NCBI GenBank assembly: GCA_964057225.1
Contig: OZ059897.1
Location: forward strand, 10,974,001-11,038,000
DNA length: 64,000 nucleotides
Direction of reading: 5' to 3'
Source of the DNA: Auanema rhodensis
Taxonomy: Eukaryota > Animalia > Nematoda
The notes below the pieces were generated by a model. That model was not told the origin of the DNA and did not search any database. It saw nothing but the letters and a program-made list of their open reading frames with translations. Of this stretch, positions 10,701 to 23,856 are shown piece after piece. The position numbers and the translations under genes were made by a program. Numbering within the stretch: position 1 is the stretch's first letter; each line of letters opens with the position of its first letter.

Positions 10701-13700
10701 TTAATGTGCTACAAAATTATTGCTTGCTTGTCATGTTAGATTTGTTTAATTCAAATACTTATTTAAGTTCTAACAATTTTCGATTTAATCACGTTCAATC
10801 AACTGTATTGTTTTCAAAAATAAAGACATCTTTCAATTTCTGGTCATTGAATTAGAATTTTCATGTTGTCACACAGAAATTGAAGAATCTTAGTTCATTT
10901 CAGTAACAATGAACACACTAACTTTGTTAAATTGTTGTAATATCGGCCCAAGTAGTATAGTGGTCAGTACTCCACGTTGTGGCCGTGGCGACACAGATTC
11001 GATTCCTGTCTTGGGCATTTTTTGTTTCGAAATTAAAATGCTATAAACATATTGCTTGCTTGTCATGTTAGATTTCTTTAATTCAAATACATATTTAAGT
11101 TCTAACAATTTTTGATTTAATCACGTTCAATTAACTGTATTGTTTTCAAAAATAAAGACAAAATTCAATTTCTGGTCATTGAATTTGAATTTTCATGTTG
11201 TCACACAGAAATTGAAGAATCTTAGTTCATTTCAGTAACAATGAACACACTAACTTTGTTTAGTTGTTGTAATATCGGCCCAAGTAGTATAGTGGTTAGT
11301 ACTCCACGTTGTGGCCGTGGCGACACAGATTCGATTCCTGTCTTGGGCATTTTTTGTTTTGAAATTAAAATGCTACAAAATTATTGCTTGCTTGTCATGT
11401 TAGATTTCTTTAATTTGAATACTTATTCAAGTTATAACAATTTTTGATTTAATCACGTTCAATCAACTGTATTGTTTTCAAAAATAAAGACATCTTTCAA
11501 TTTCTGGTCATTGAATTAGAATTTTCATGTTGTCACACAGAAATTGAAGAATCTTAGTTCATTTCAGTAACAATGAACACACTAACTTTGTTAAGTTGTT
11601 GTAATATCGGCCCAAGTAGTATAGTGGTTAGTACTCCACGTTGTGGCCGTGGCGACACAGGTTCGATTCCTGTCTTGGGCATTTTTTGTTTTGAAATTTA
11701 AATGCTATAAAATTATTGCTTGCTTGTCATGTTAGATTTTTTTAATTTGAATACTTATTCAAGTTTCAACAATTTTGGATTTAATCACGTTCAATCAACT
11801 GTATTGTTTTCAAAAATAAAGACATCTTTCAATTTCTGGTCATTGAATTTGAATTTTCATGTTGTCACACAGAAATTGAAGATTCTTAGTTCAATTCAGT
11901 AACAATGAACACACTAATTTTTTTAAGTTGTTGTGATATCGGCCCAAGTAATATAGTGGTTAGTACTCCACGTTGTGGCCGTGGCGACACAGATTCGATT
12001 CCTGTCTTGGGCATTTTTTGTTTTGAAATTAAAATGCTACAAAATTATTGCTTGCTTGTCATGTTAGATTTCTTTAATTTGAATACTTATTCCAGTTATA
12101 ACAATTTTTGATTTAATCACGTTCAATCAACTGTATTGTTTTCAAAAATAAAGACATCTTTCAATTTCTGGTCATTGAATTAGAATTTTCATGTTGTCAC
12201 ACAGAAATTGAAGAATCTTAGTTCATTTCAGTAACAATGAACACACTAACTTTGTTAAGTTGTTGTAATATCGGCCCAAGTAGTATAGTGGTTAGTACTC
12301 CACGTTGTGGCCGTGGCGACACAGATTCGATTCCTGTCTTGGGCATTTTTTGTTTTGAAATTAAAATGCTATAAACATATTGCTTGCTTGTCATGTTAGA
12401 TTTGTTTAATTCAAATACTTATTTAAGTTCTAACAATTTTCGATTTAATCACGTTCAATCAACTGTATTGTTTTCAAAAATAAAGACATCTTTCAATTTC
12501 TGGTCATTGAATTAGAATTTTCATGTTGTCACACAGAAATTGAAGAATCTTAGTTCATTTCAGTAACAATGAACACACTAACTTTGTTAAGTTGTTGTAA
12601 TATCGGCCCAAGTAGTATAGTGGTCAGTACTCCACGTTGTGGCCGTGGCGACACAGATTCGATTCCTGTCTTGGGCATTTTTTGTTTCGAAATTAATGTG
12701 CTACAAAATTATTGCTTGCTTGTCATGTTAGATTTGTTTAATTCAAATACTTATTTAAGTTCTAACAATTTTCGATTTAATCACGTTCAATCAACTGTAT
12801 TGTTTTCAAAAATAAAGACATCTTTCAATTTCTGGTCATTGAATTAGAATTTTCATGTTGTCACACAGAAATTGAAGAATCTTAGTTCATTTCAGTAACA
12901 ATGAACACACTAACTTTGTTAAATTGTTGTAATATCGGCCCAAGTAGTATAGTGGTCAGTACTCCACGTTGTGGCCGTGGCGACACAGATTCGATTCCTG
13001 TCTTGGGCATTTTTTGTTTCGAAATTAAAATGCTATAAACATATTGCTTGCTTGTCATGTTAGATTTCTTTAATTCAAATACATATTTAAGTTCTAACAA
13101 TTTTTGATTCAATCACGTTCAATTAACTGTATTGTTTTCAAAAATAAAGACAAAATTCAATTTCTGGTCATTGAATTTGAATTTTCATGTTGTCACACAG
13201 AAATTGAAGAATCTTAGTTCATTTCAGTAACAATGAACACACTAACTTTGTTAAGTTGTTGTAATATCGGCCCAAGTAGTATAGTGGTTAGTACTCCACG
13301 TTGTGGCCGTGGCGACACAGGTTCGATTCCTGTCTTGGGCATTTTCTGTTTTGAAATTTAAATGCTATAAAACTATTGCTTGCTTGTCATGTTAGATTTT
13401 TTTAATTTGAATACTTATTCAAGTTTTAACAATTTTGGATTTAATCACGTTCAATCAACTGTATTGTTTTCAAAAATAAAGACATCTTTCAATTTCTGGT
13501 CATTGAATTTGAATTTTCATGTTGTCACACAGAAATTGAAGAATCTTAGTTCATTTCAGTAACAATGAACACACTAACTTTGTTAAGTTGTTGTAATATC
13601 GGCCCAAGTAGTATAGTGGTTAGTACTCCACGTTGTGGCCGTGGCGACACAGATTCGATTCCTGTCTTGGGCATTTTTTGTTTTGAAATTAAAATGCTAT

Positions 13701-14929
13701 AAACATATTGCTTGCTTGTCATGTTAGATTTGTTTAATTCAAATACTTATTTAAGTTCTAACAATTTTCGATTTAATCACGTTCAATCAACTGTATTGTT
13801 TTCAAAAATAAAGACATCTTTCAATTTCTGGTCATTGAATTAGAATTTTCATGTTGTCACACAGAAATTGAAGAATCTTAGTTCATTTCAGTAACAATGA
13901 ACACACTAACTTTGTTAAGTTGTTGTAATATCGGCCCAAGTAGTATAGTGGTCAGTACTCCACGTTGTGGCCGTGGCGACACAGATTCGATTCCTGTCTT
14001 GGGCATTTTTTGTTTCGAAATTAAAATGCTATAAACATATTGCTTGCTTGTCATGTTAGATTTCTTTAATTCAAATACATATTTAAGTTCTAACAATTTT
14101 TGATTTAATCACGTTCAATTAACTGTATTGTTTTCAAAAATAAAGACAAAATTCAATTTCTGGTCATTGAATTTGAATTCTCATGTTGTCACACAGAAAT
14201 TGAAGAATCTTAGTTCATTTCAGTAACAATGAACACACTAACTTTGTTAAGTTGTTGTAATATCGGCCCAAGTAGTATAGTGGTTAGTACTCCACGTTGT
14301 GGCCGTGGCGACACAGATTCGATTCCTGTCTTGGGCATTTTTTGTTTTGAAATTAAAATGCTATAAACATATTGCTTGCTTGTCATGTTAGATTTGTTTA
14401 ATTCAAATACTTATTTAAGTTCTAACAATTTTCGATTTAATCACGTTCAATCAACTGTATTGTTTTCAAAAATAAAGACATTTTTCAATTTCTGGTCATT
14501 GAATTAGAATTTTCATGTTGTCACACAGAAATTGAAGAATCTTAGTTCATTTCAGTAACAATGAACACACTAACTTTGTTAAGTTGTTGTAATATCGGCC
14601 CAAGTAGTATAGTGGTCAGTACTCCACGTTGTGGCCGTGGCGACACAGATTCGATTCCTGTCTTGGGCATTTTTTGTTTCGAAATTAAAATGCTATAAAC
14701 ATATTGCTTGCTTGTCATGTTAGATTTCTTTAATTCAAATACATATTTAAGTTCTAACAATTTTTGATTTAATCACGTTCAATTAACTGTATTGTTTTCA
14801 AAAATAAAGACAAAATTCAATTTCTGGTCATTGAATTTGAATTTTCATGTTGTCACACAGAAATTGAAGAATCTTAGTTCATTTCAGTAACAATGAACAC
14901 ACTAACTTTGTTTAGTTGTTGTAATATCG

Positions 14930-15001
14930 GCCCAAGTAGTATAGTGGTTAGTACTCCACGTTGTGGCCGTGGCGACACAGGTTCGATTCCTGTCTTGGGC
15001 A
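14930..15001 (+). tRNA. trnH-GTG: tRNA-His(GTG), canonical copy
   Basis: G10 and G53 intact. Confidence 0.96.
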
Positions 15002-15261
15002 TTTTTTGTTTTGAAATTAAAATGCTACAAAATTATTGCTTGCTTGTCATGTTAGATTTCTTTAATTCAAATACATATTTAAGTTCTAACAATTTTTGAT
15101 TTAATCACGTTCAATTAACTGTATTGTTTTCAAAAATAAAGACAAAATTCAATTTCTGTTCATTGAATTAGAATTTTCATGTTGTCACACAGAAATTGAA
15201 GAATCTTAGTTCATTTCAGTAACAATGAACAGAATAACTTTGTTTAGTTGTTGTCATATCG

Positions 15262-15333
15262 GCCCAAGTAGTATAGTGGTTAGTACTCCACGTTGTGGCC
15301 GTGGCGACACAGGTTCGATTCCTGTCTTGGGCA
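15262..15333 (+). tRNA. trnH-GTG: tRNA-His(GTG), canonical copy with AACAGAATAAC upstream haplotype
   Basis: G10 and G53 intact. Confidence 0.96.
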
Positions 15334-18300
15334 TTTTTTGTTTTGAAATTAAAATGCTATAAACATATTGCTTGCTTGTCATGTTAGATTTCTTTAATTC
15401 AAATACTTATTTAAGTTCTAACAATTTTTGATTTAATCACGTTCAATTAACTGTATTGTTTTCAAAAATAAAGACATCTTTCAATTTCTGGTCATTGAAT
15501 TAGAATTTTCATGTTGTCACACAGAAATTGAAGATTCTTAGTTCAATTCAGTAACAATGAACACACTAATTTTTTTAAGTTGTTGTGATATCGGCCCAAG
15601 TAATATAGTGGTTAGTACTCCACGTTGTGGCCGTGGCGACACAGATTCGATTCCTGTCTTGGGCATTTTTTGTTTTGAAATTAAAATGCTACAAAATTAT
15701 TGCTTGCTTGTCATGTTAGATTTCTTTAATTTGAATACTTATTCAAGTTATAACAATTTTTGATTTAATCACGTTCAATCAACTGTATTGTTTTCAAAAA
15801 TAAAGACATCTTTCAATTTCTGGTCATTGAATTAGAATTTTCATGTTGTCACACAGAAATTGAAGAATCTTAGTTCATTTCAGTAACAATGAACACACTA
15901 ACTTTGTTAAGTTGTTGTAATATCGGCCCAAGTAGTATAGTGGTTAGTACTCCACGTTGTGGCCGTGGCGACACAGGTTCGATTCCTGTCTTGGGCATTT
16001 TTTGTTTTGAAATTTAAATGCTATAAAATTATTGCTTGCTTGTCATGTTAGATTTTTTTAATTTGAATACTTATTCAAGTTTTAACAATTTTGGATTTAA
16101 TCACGTTCAATCAACTGTATTGTTTTCAAAAATAAAGACATCTTTCAATTTCTGGTCATTGAATTTGAATTTTCATGTTGTCACACAGAAATTGAAGAAT
16201 CTTAGTTCATTTCAGTAACAATGAACACACTAACTTTGTTAAGTTGTTGTAATATCGGCCCAAGTAGTATAGTGGTTAGTACTCCACGTTGTGGCCGTGG
16301 CGACACAGATTCGATTCCTGTCTTGGGCATTTTTTGTTTTGAAATTAAAATGCTACAAAATTATTGCTTGCTTGTCATGTTAGATTTCTTTAATTTGAAT
16401 ACTTATTCAAGTTATAACAATTTTTGATTTAATCACGTTCAATCAACTGTATTGTTTTCAAAAATAAAGACATCTTTCAATTTCTGGTCATTGAATTAGA
16501 ATTTTCATGTTGTCACACAGAAATTGAAGAATCTTAGTTCATTTCAGTAACAATGAACACACTAACTTTGTTAAGTTGTTGTAATATCGGCCCAAGTAGT
16601 ATAGTGGTTAGTACTCCACGTTGTGGCCGTGGCGACACAGATTCGATTCCTGTCTTGGGCATTTTTTGTTTTGAAATTAAAATGCTATAAACATATTGCT
16701 TGCTTGTCATGTTAGATTTGTTTAATTCAAATACTTATTTAAGTTCTAACAATTTTCGATTTAATCACGTTCAATCAACTGTATTGTTTTCAAAAATAAA
16801 GACATCTTTCAATTTCTGGTCATTGAATTAGAATTTTCATGTTGTCACACAGAAATTGAAGAATCATAGTTCATTTCAGTAACAATGAACACACTAACTT
16901 TGTTAAGTTGTTGTAATATCGGCCCAAGTAGTATAGTGGTCAGTACTCCACGTTGTGGCCGTGGCGACACAGATTCGATTCCTGTCTTGGGCATTTTTTG
17001 TTTTGAAATTAAAATGCTATAAACATATTGCTTGCTTGTCATGTTAGATTTCTTTAATTCAAATACATATTTAAGTTCTAACAATTTTTGATTTAATCAC
17101 GTTCAATTAACTGTATTGTTTTCAAAAATAAAGACAAAATTCAATTTCTGTTCATTGAATTAGAATTTTCATGTTGTCACACAGAAATTGAAGAATCTTA
17201 GTTCATTTCAGTAACAATGAACAGAATAACTTTGTTTAGTTGTTGTCATATCGGCCCAAGTAGTATAGTGGTTAGTACTCCACGTTGTGGCCGTGGCGAC
17301 ACAGGTTCGATTCCTGTCTTGGGCATTTTTTGTTTTGAAATTAAAATGCTATAAACATATTGCTTGCTTGTCATGTTAGATTTCTTTAATTCAAATACTT
17401 ATTTAAGTTCTAACAATTTTTGATTTAATCACGTTCAATTAACTGTATTGTTTTCAAAAATAAAGACATCTTTCAATTTCTGGTCATTGAATTAGAATTT
17501 TCATGTTGTCACACAGAAATTGAAGATTCTTAGTTCAATTCAGTAACAATGAACACACTAATTTTTTTAAGTTGTTGTGATATCGGCCCAAGTAATATAG
17601 TGGTTAGTACTCCACGTTGTGGCCGTGGCGACACAGATTCGATTCCTGTCTTGGGCATTTTTTGTTTTGAAATTAAAATGCTACAAAATTATTGCTTGCT
17701 TGTCATGTTAGATTTCTTTAATTTGAATACTTATTCAAGTTATAACAATTTTTGATTTAATCACGTTCAATCAACTGTATTGTTTTCAAAAATAAAGACA
17801 TCTTTCAATTTCTGGTCATTGAATTAGAATTTTCATGTTGTCACACAGAAATTGAAGAATCTTAGTTCATTTCAGTAACAATGAACACACTAACTTTGTT
17901 AAGTTGTTGTAATATCGGCCCAAGTAGTATAGTGGTTAGTACTCCACGTTGTGGCCGTGGCGACACAGGTTCGATTCCTGTCTTGGGCATTTTTTGTTTT
18001 GAAATTTAAATGCTATAAAATTATTGCTTGCTTGTCATGTTAGATTTTTTTAATTTGAATACTTATTCATGTTTTAACAATTTTGGATTTAATCACGTTC
18101 AATCAACTGTATTGTTTTCAAAAATAAAGACATCTTTCAATTTCTGGTCATTGAATTTGAATTTTCATGTTGTCACACAGAAATTGAAGAATCTTAGTTC
18201 ATTTCAGTAACAATGAACACACTAACTTTGTTAAGTTGTTGTAATATCGGCCCAAGTAGTATAGTGGTTAGTACTCCACGTTGTGGCCGTGGCGACACAG

Positions 18301-18544
18301 ATTCGATTCCTGTCTTGGGCATTTTTTGTTTTGAAATTAAAATGCTACAAAATTATTGCTTGCTTGTCATGTTAGATTTCTTTAATTTGAATACTTATTC
18401 AAGTTATAACAATTTTTGATTTAATCACGTTCAATCAACTGTATTGTTTTCAAAAATAAAGACATCTTTCAATTTCTGGTCATTGAATTAGAATTTTCAT
18501 GTTGTCACACAGAAATTGAAGAATCTTAGTTCATTTCAGTAACA

Positions 18545-21500
18545 ATGAACACACTAACTTTGTTAAGTTGTTGTAATATCGGCCCAAGTAGTATAGTGGT
18601 TAGTACTCCACGTTGTGGCCGTGGCGACACAGGTTCGATTCCTGTCTTGGGCATTTTTTGTTTTGAAATTTAAATGCTATAAAATTATTGCTTGCTTGTC
18701 ATGTTAGATTTTTTTAATTTGAATACTTATTCAAGTTTTAACAATTTTGGATTTAATCACGTTCAATCAACTGTATTGTTTTCAAAAATAAAGACATCTT
18801 TCAATTTCTGGTCATTGAATTTGAATTTTCATGTTGTCACACAGAAATTGAAGAATCTTAGTTCATTTCAGTAACAATGAACACACTAACTTTGTTAAGT
18901 TGTTGTAATAACGGCCCAAGTAGTATAGTGGTTAGTACTCCACGTTGTGGCCGTGGCGACACAGATTCGATTCCTGTCTTGGGCATTTTTTGTTTTGAAA
19001 TTAAAATGCTATAAACATATTGCTTGCTTGTCATGTTAGATTTGTTTAATTCAAATACTTATTTAAGTTCTAACAATTTTCGATTTAATCACGTTCAATC
19101 AACTGTATTGTTTTCAAAAATAAAGACATCTTTCAATTTCTGGTCATTGAATTAGAATTTTCATGTTGTCACACAGAAATTGAAGAATCATAGTTCATTT
19201 CAGTAACAATGAACACACTAACTTTGTTAAGTTGTTGTAATATCGGCCCAAGTAGTATAGTGGTCAGTACTCCACGTTGTGGCCGTGGCGACACAGATTC
19301 GATTCCTGTCTTGGGCATTTTTTGTTTCGAAATTAATGTGCTACAAAATTATTGCTTGCTTGTCATGTTAGATTTGTTTAATTCAAATACTTATTTAAGT
19401 TCTAACAATTTTCGATTTAATCACGTTCAATCAACTGTATTGTTTTCAAAAATAAAGACATCTTTCAATTTCTGGTCATTGAATTAGAATTTTCATGTTG
19501 TCACACAGAAATTGAAGAATCTTAGTTCGTTTCAGTAACAATGAACACACTAACTTTGTTAAGTTGTTGTAATATCGGCCTAAGTAATATAGTGGTTAGT
19601 ACTCCACGTTGTGGCCGTGGCGACACAGATTCGATTCCTGTCTTGGGCATTTTTTGTTTCGAAATTAAAATGCTATAAACATATTGCTTGCTTGTCATGT
19701 TAGATTTGTTTAATTCAAATACTTATTTAAGTTCTATCAATTTTCGATTTAATCACGTTCAATCAACTGTATTGTTTTCAAAAATAAAGACATCTTTCAA
19801 TTTCTGGTCATTGAATTAGAATTTTCATGTTGTCACACAGAAATTGAAGAATCTTAGTTCATTTCAGTAACAATGAACACACTAACTTTGTTAAGTTGTT
19901 GTAATATCGGCCCAAGTAGTATAGTGGTTAGTACTCCACGTTGTGGCCGTGGCGACACAGGTTCGATTCCTGTCTTGGGCATTTTTTGTTTTGAAATTTA
20001 AATGCTATAAAATTATTGCTTGCTTGTCATGTTAGATTTGTTTAATTCAAATACTTATTTAAGTTCCAACAATTTTCGATTAAATCACGTTCATTTAACT
20101 GTATTGTTTTCAAAAATAAAGACAAAATTCAATTTCTGTTCGTTGAATTAGAATTTTCATGTTGTCACACAGAAATTGAAGAATCTTAGTTCATTTCAGT
20201 AACAATGAACACACTAACTTTGTTAAGTTGTTGTAATATCGGCCCATGTAGTATAGTGGTTAGTACTCCACGTTGTGGCCGTGGCGACACAGGTTCGATT
20301 CCTGTCTTGGGCATTTTTTGTTTTGAAATTAAAATGCTATAAAATTATTGCTTGCTTGTCTTGTTAGATTTCTTTAATTTGAATACTTATTCAAGTTATA
20401 ACAATTTTCGATTTAATCACGTTCAATCAACTGTATTGTTTTCAAAAATAAAGACAAAATTCAATTTCTGTTCATTGAATTAGAATTTTCATGTTGTCAC
20501 ACAGAAATTGAAGAATCTTAGTTCAATTCAGTAACAATGAACACACTAACTTTGTTAAGTTGTTGTAATATCGGCCCAAGTAATATAGTGGTTAGTACTC
20601 CACGTTGTGGCCGTGGCGACACAGATTCGATTCCTGTCTTGGGCATTTTTTGTTTTGAAATTAAAATACTACAAAATTATTGCTTGCTTGTCATGTTAGA
20701 TTTCTTTAATTCAAATACATATTTAAGTTCTAACAATTTTTGATTTAATCACGTTCAATTAACTGTATTGTTTTCAAAAATAAAGACAAAATTCAATTTC
20801 TGTTCATTGAATTAGAATTTTCATGTTGTCACACAGAAATTGAAGAATCTTAGTTCATTTCAGTAACAATGAACACACTAACTTTGTTAAGTTGTTGTAA
20901 TATCGGCCCAAGTAGTATAGTGGTTAGTACTCCACGTTGTGGCCGTGGCGACACAGGTTCGATTCCTGTCTTGGGCATTTTTTGTTTTGAAATTTAAATG
21001 CTATAAAATTATTGCTTGCTTGTCATGTTAGATTTTTTTAATTTGAATACTTATTCAAGTTTTAACAATTTTGGATTTAATCACGTTCAATCAACTGTAT
21101 TGTTTTCAAAAATAAAGACATCTTTCAATTTCTGGTCATTGAATTTGAATTTTCATGTTGTCACACAGAAATTGAAGAATCTTAGTTCATTTCAGTAACA
21201 ATGAACACACTAACTTTGTTAAGTTGTTGTAATAACGGCCCAAGTAGTATAGTGGTTAGTACTCCACGTTGTGGCCGTGGCGACACAGATTCGATTCCTG
21301 TCTTGGGCATTTTTTGTTTTGAAATTAAAATGCTATAAACATATTGCTTGCTTGTCATGTTAGATTTGTTTAATTCAAATACTTATTTAAGTTCTAACAA
21401 TTTTCGATTTAATCACGTTCAATCAACTGTATTGTTTTCAAAAATAAAGACATCTTTCAATTTCTGGTCATTGAATTAGAATTTTCATGTTGTCACACAG

Positions 21501-23192
21501 AAATTGAAGAATCATAGTTCATTTCAGTAACAATGAACACACTAACTTTGTTAAGTTGTTGTAATATCGGCCCAAGTAGTATAGTGGTCAGTACTCCACG
21601 TTGTGGCCGTGGCGACACAGATTCGATTCCTGTCTTGGGCATTTTTTGTTTCGAAATTAATGTGCTACAAAATTATTGCTTGCTTGTCATGTTAGATTTG
21701 TTTAATTCAAATACTTATTTAAGTTCTAACAATTTTCGATTTAATCACGTTCAATCAACTGTATTGTTTTCAAAAATAAAGACATCTTTCAATTTCTGGT
21801 CATTGAATTAGAATTTTCATGTTGTCACACAGAAATTGAAGAATCTTAGTTCGTTTCAGTAACAATGAACACACTAACTTTGTTAAGTTGTTGTAATATC
21901 GGCCTAAGTAATATAGTGGTTAGTACTCCACGTTGTGGCCGTGGCGACACAGATTCGATTCCTGTCTTGGGCATTTTTTGTTTCGAAATTAAAATGCTAT
22001 AAACATATTGCTTGCTTGTCATGTTAGATTTGTTTAATTCAAATACTTATTTAAGTTCTATCAATTTTCGATTTAATCACGTTCAATCAACTGTATTGTT
22101 TTCAAAAATAAAGACATCTTTCAATTTCTGGTCATTGAATTAGAATTTTCATGTTGTCACACAGAAATTGAAGAATCTTAGTTCATTTCAGTAACAATGA
22201 ACACACTAACTTTGTTAAGTTGTTGTAATATCGGCCCAAGTAGTATAGTGGTTAGTACTCCACGTTGTGGCCGTGGCGACACAGGTTCGATTCCTGTCTT
22301 GGGCATTTTTTGTTTTGAAATTTAAATGCTATAAAATTATTGCTTGCTTGTCATGTTAGATTTGTTTAATTCAAATACTTATTTAAGTTCCAACAATTTT
22401 CGATTAAATCACGTTCATTTAACTGTATTGTTTTCAAAAATAAAGACAAAATTCAATTTCTGTTCGTTGAATTAGAATTTTCATGTTGTCACACAGAAAT
22501 TGAAGAATCTTAGTTCATTTCAGTAACAATGAACACACTAACTTTGTTAAGTTGTTGTAATATCGGCCCATGTAGTATAGTGGTTAGTACTCCACGTTGT
22601 GGCCGTGGCGACACAGGTTCGATTCCTGTCTTGGGCATTTTTTGTTTTGAAATTAAAATGCTATAAAATTATTGCTTGCTTGTCTTGTTAGATTTCTTTA
22701 ATTTGAATACTTATTCAAGTTATAACAATTTTCGATTTAATCACGTTCAATCAACTGTATTGTTTTCAAAAATAAAGACAAAATTCAATTTCTGTTCATT
22801 GAATTAGAATTTTCATGTTGTCACACAGAAATTGAAGAATCTTAGTTCAATTCAGTAACAATGAACACACTAACTTTGTTAAGTTGTTGTAATATCGGCC
22901 CAAGTAATATAGTGGTTAGTACTCCACGTTGTGGCCGTGGCGACACAGATTCGATTCCTGTCTTGGGCATTTTTTGTTTTGAAATTAAAATACTACAAAA
23001 TTATTGCTTGCTTGTCATGTTAGATTTCTTTAATTCAAATACATATTTAAGTTCTAACAATTTTTGATTTAATCACGTTCAATTAACTGTATTGTTTTCA
23101 AAAATAAAGACAAAATTCAATTTCTGTTCATTGAATTAGAATTTTCATGTTGTCACACAGAAATTGAAGAATCTTAGTTCATTTCAGTAACA
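18545..23192 (+). repeat. Tandem duplication of a 7-unit (2324-bp) block
   Basis: Rare variants (AATAACGG, GGCCTAAG, GGCCCATG, GTTCGTTTC) each recur 2324 bp apart; ORFs at 18692/21016, 19209/21533 and 20537/22861. Confidence 0.9.
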
Positions 23193-23229
23193 ATGAACAG
23201 AATAACTTTGTTTAGTTGTTGTAATATCG

Positions 23230-23301
23230 GCCCAAGTAGTATAGTGGTTAGTACTCCACGTTGTGGCCGTGGCGACACAGGTTCGATTCCTGTCTTGGGC
23301 A
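23230..23301 (+). tRNA. trnH-GTG: tRNA-His(GTG), canonical copy
   Basis: G10 and G53 intact. Confidence 0.96.
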
Positions 23302-23856
23302 TTTTTTGTTTTGGAATTAAAATGCTACAAAATTATTGCTTGCTTGTCATGTTAGATTTCTTTAATTCAAATACATATTTAAGTTCTAACAATTTTCGAT
23401 TTAATCACGTTCAATCAACTGTATTGTTTTCAAAAATAAAGACATCTTTCAATTTCTGGTCATTGAATTAGAATTTTCATGTTGTCACACAGAAATTGAA
23501 GAATCTTAGTTCATTTCAGTAACAATGAACACACTAACTTTGTTAAGTTGTTGTAATATCGGCCCAAGTAGTATAGTGGTTAGTACTCCATGTTGTGGCC
23601 GTGGCGACACAGGTTCGATTCCTGTCTTGGGCATTTTTTGTTTTGAAATTTAAATGCTATAAAATTATTGCTTGCTTGTCATGTTAGATTTGTTTAATTC
23701 AAATACTTATTTAAGTTCCAACAATTTTCGATTAAATCACGTTCAATCAACTGTATTGTTTTCAAAAATAAAGACAAAATTCAATTTCTGTTCATTGAAT
23801 TAGAATTTTCATGTTGTCACACAGAAATTGAAGAATCTTAGTTCATTTCAGTAACA

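Larger units (their letters stand above)
1281..13560 (+). repeat. Higher-order repeat region (10-, 12- and 6-unit periods)
   Basis: The diagnostic G10A/GTGATATC unit recurs at 2609, 5929 (+3320), 9913 (+3984) and 11905 (+1992), with neighbouring units in the same order. Confidence 0.85.
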
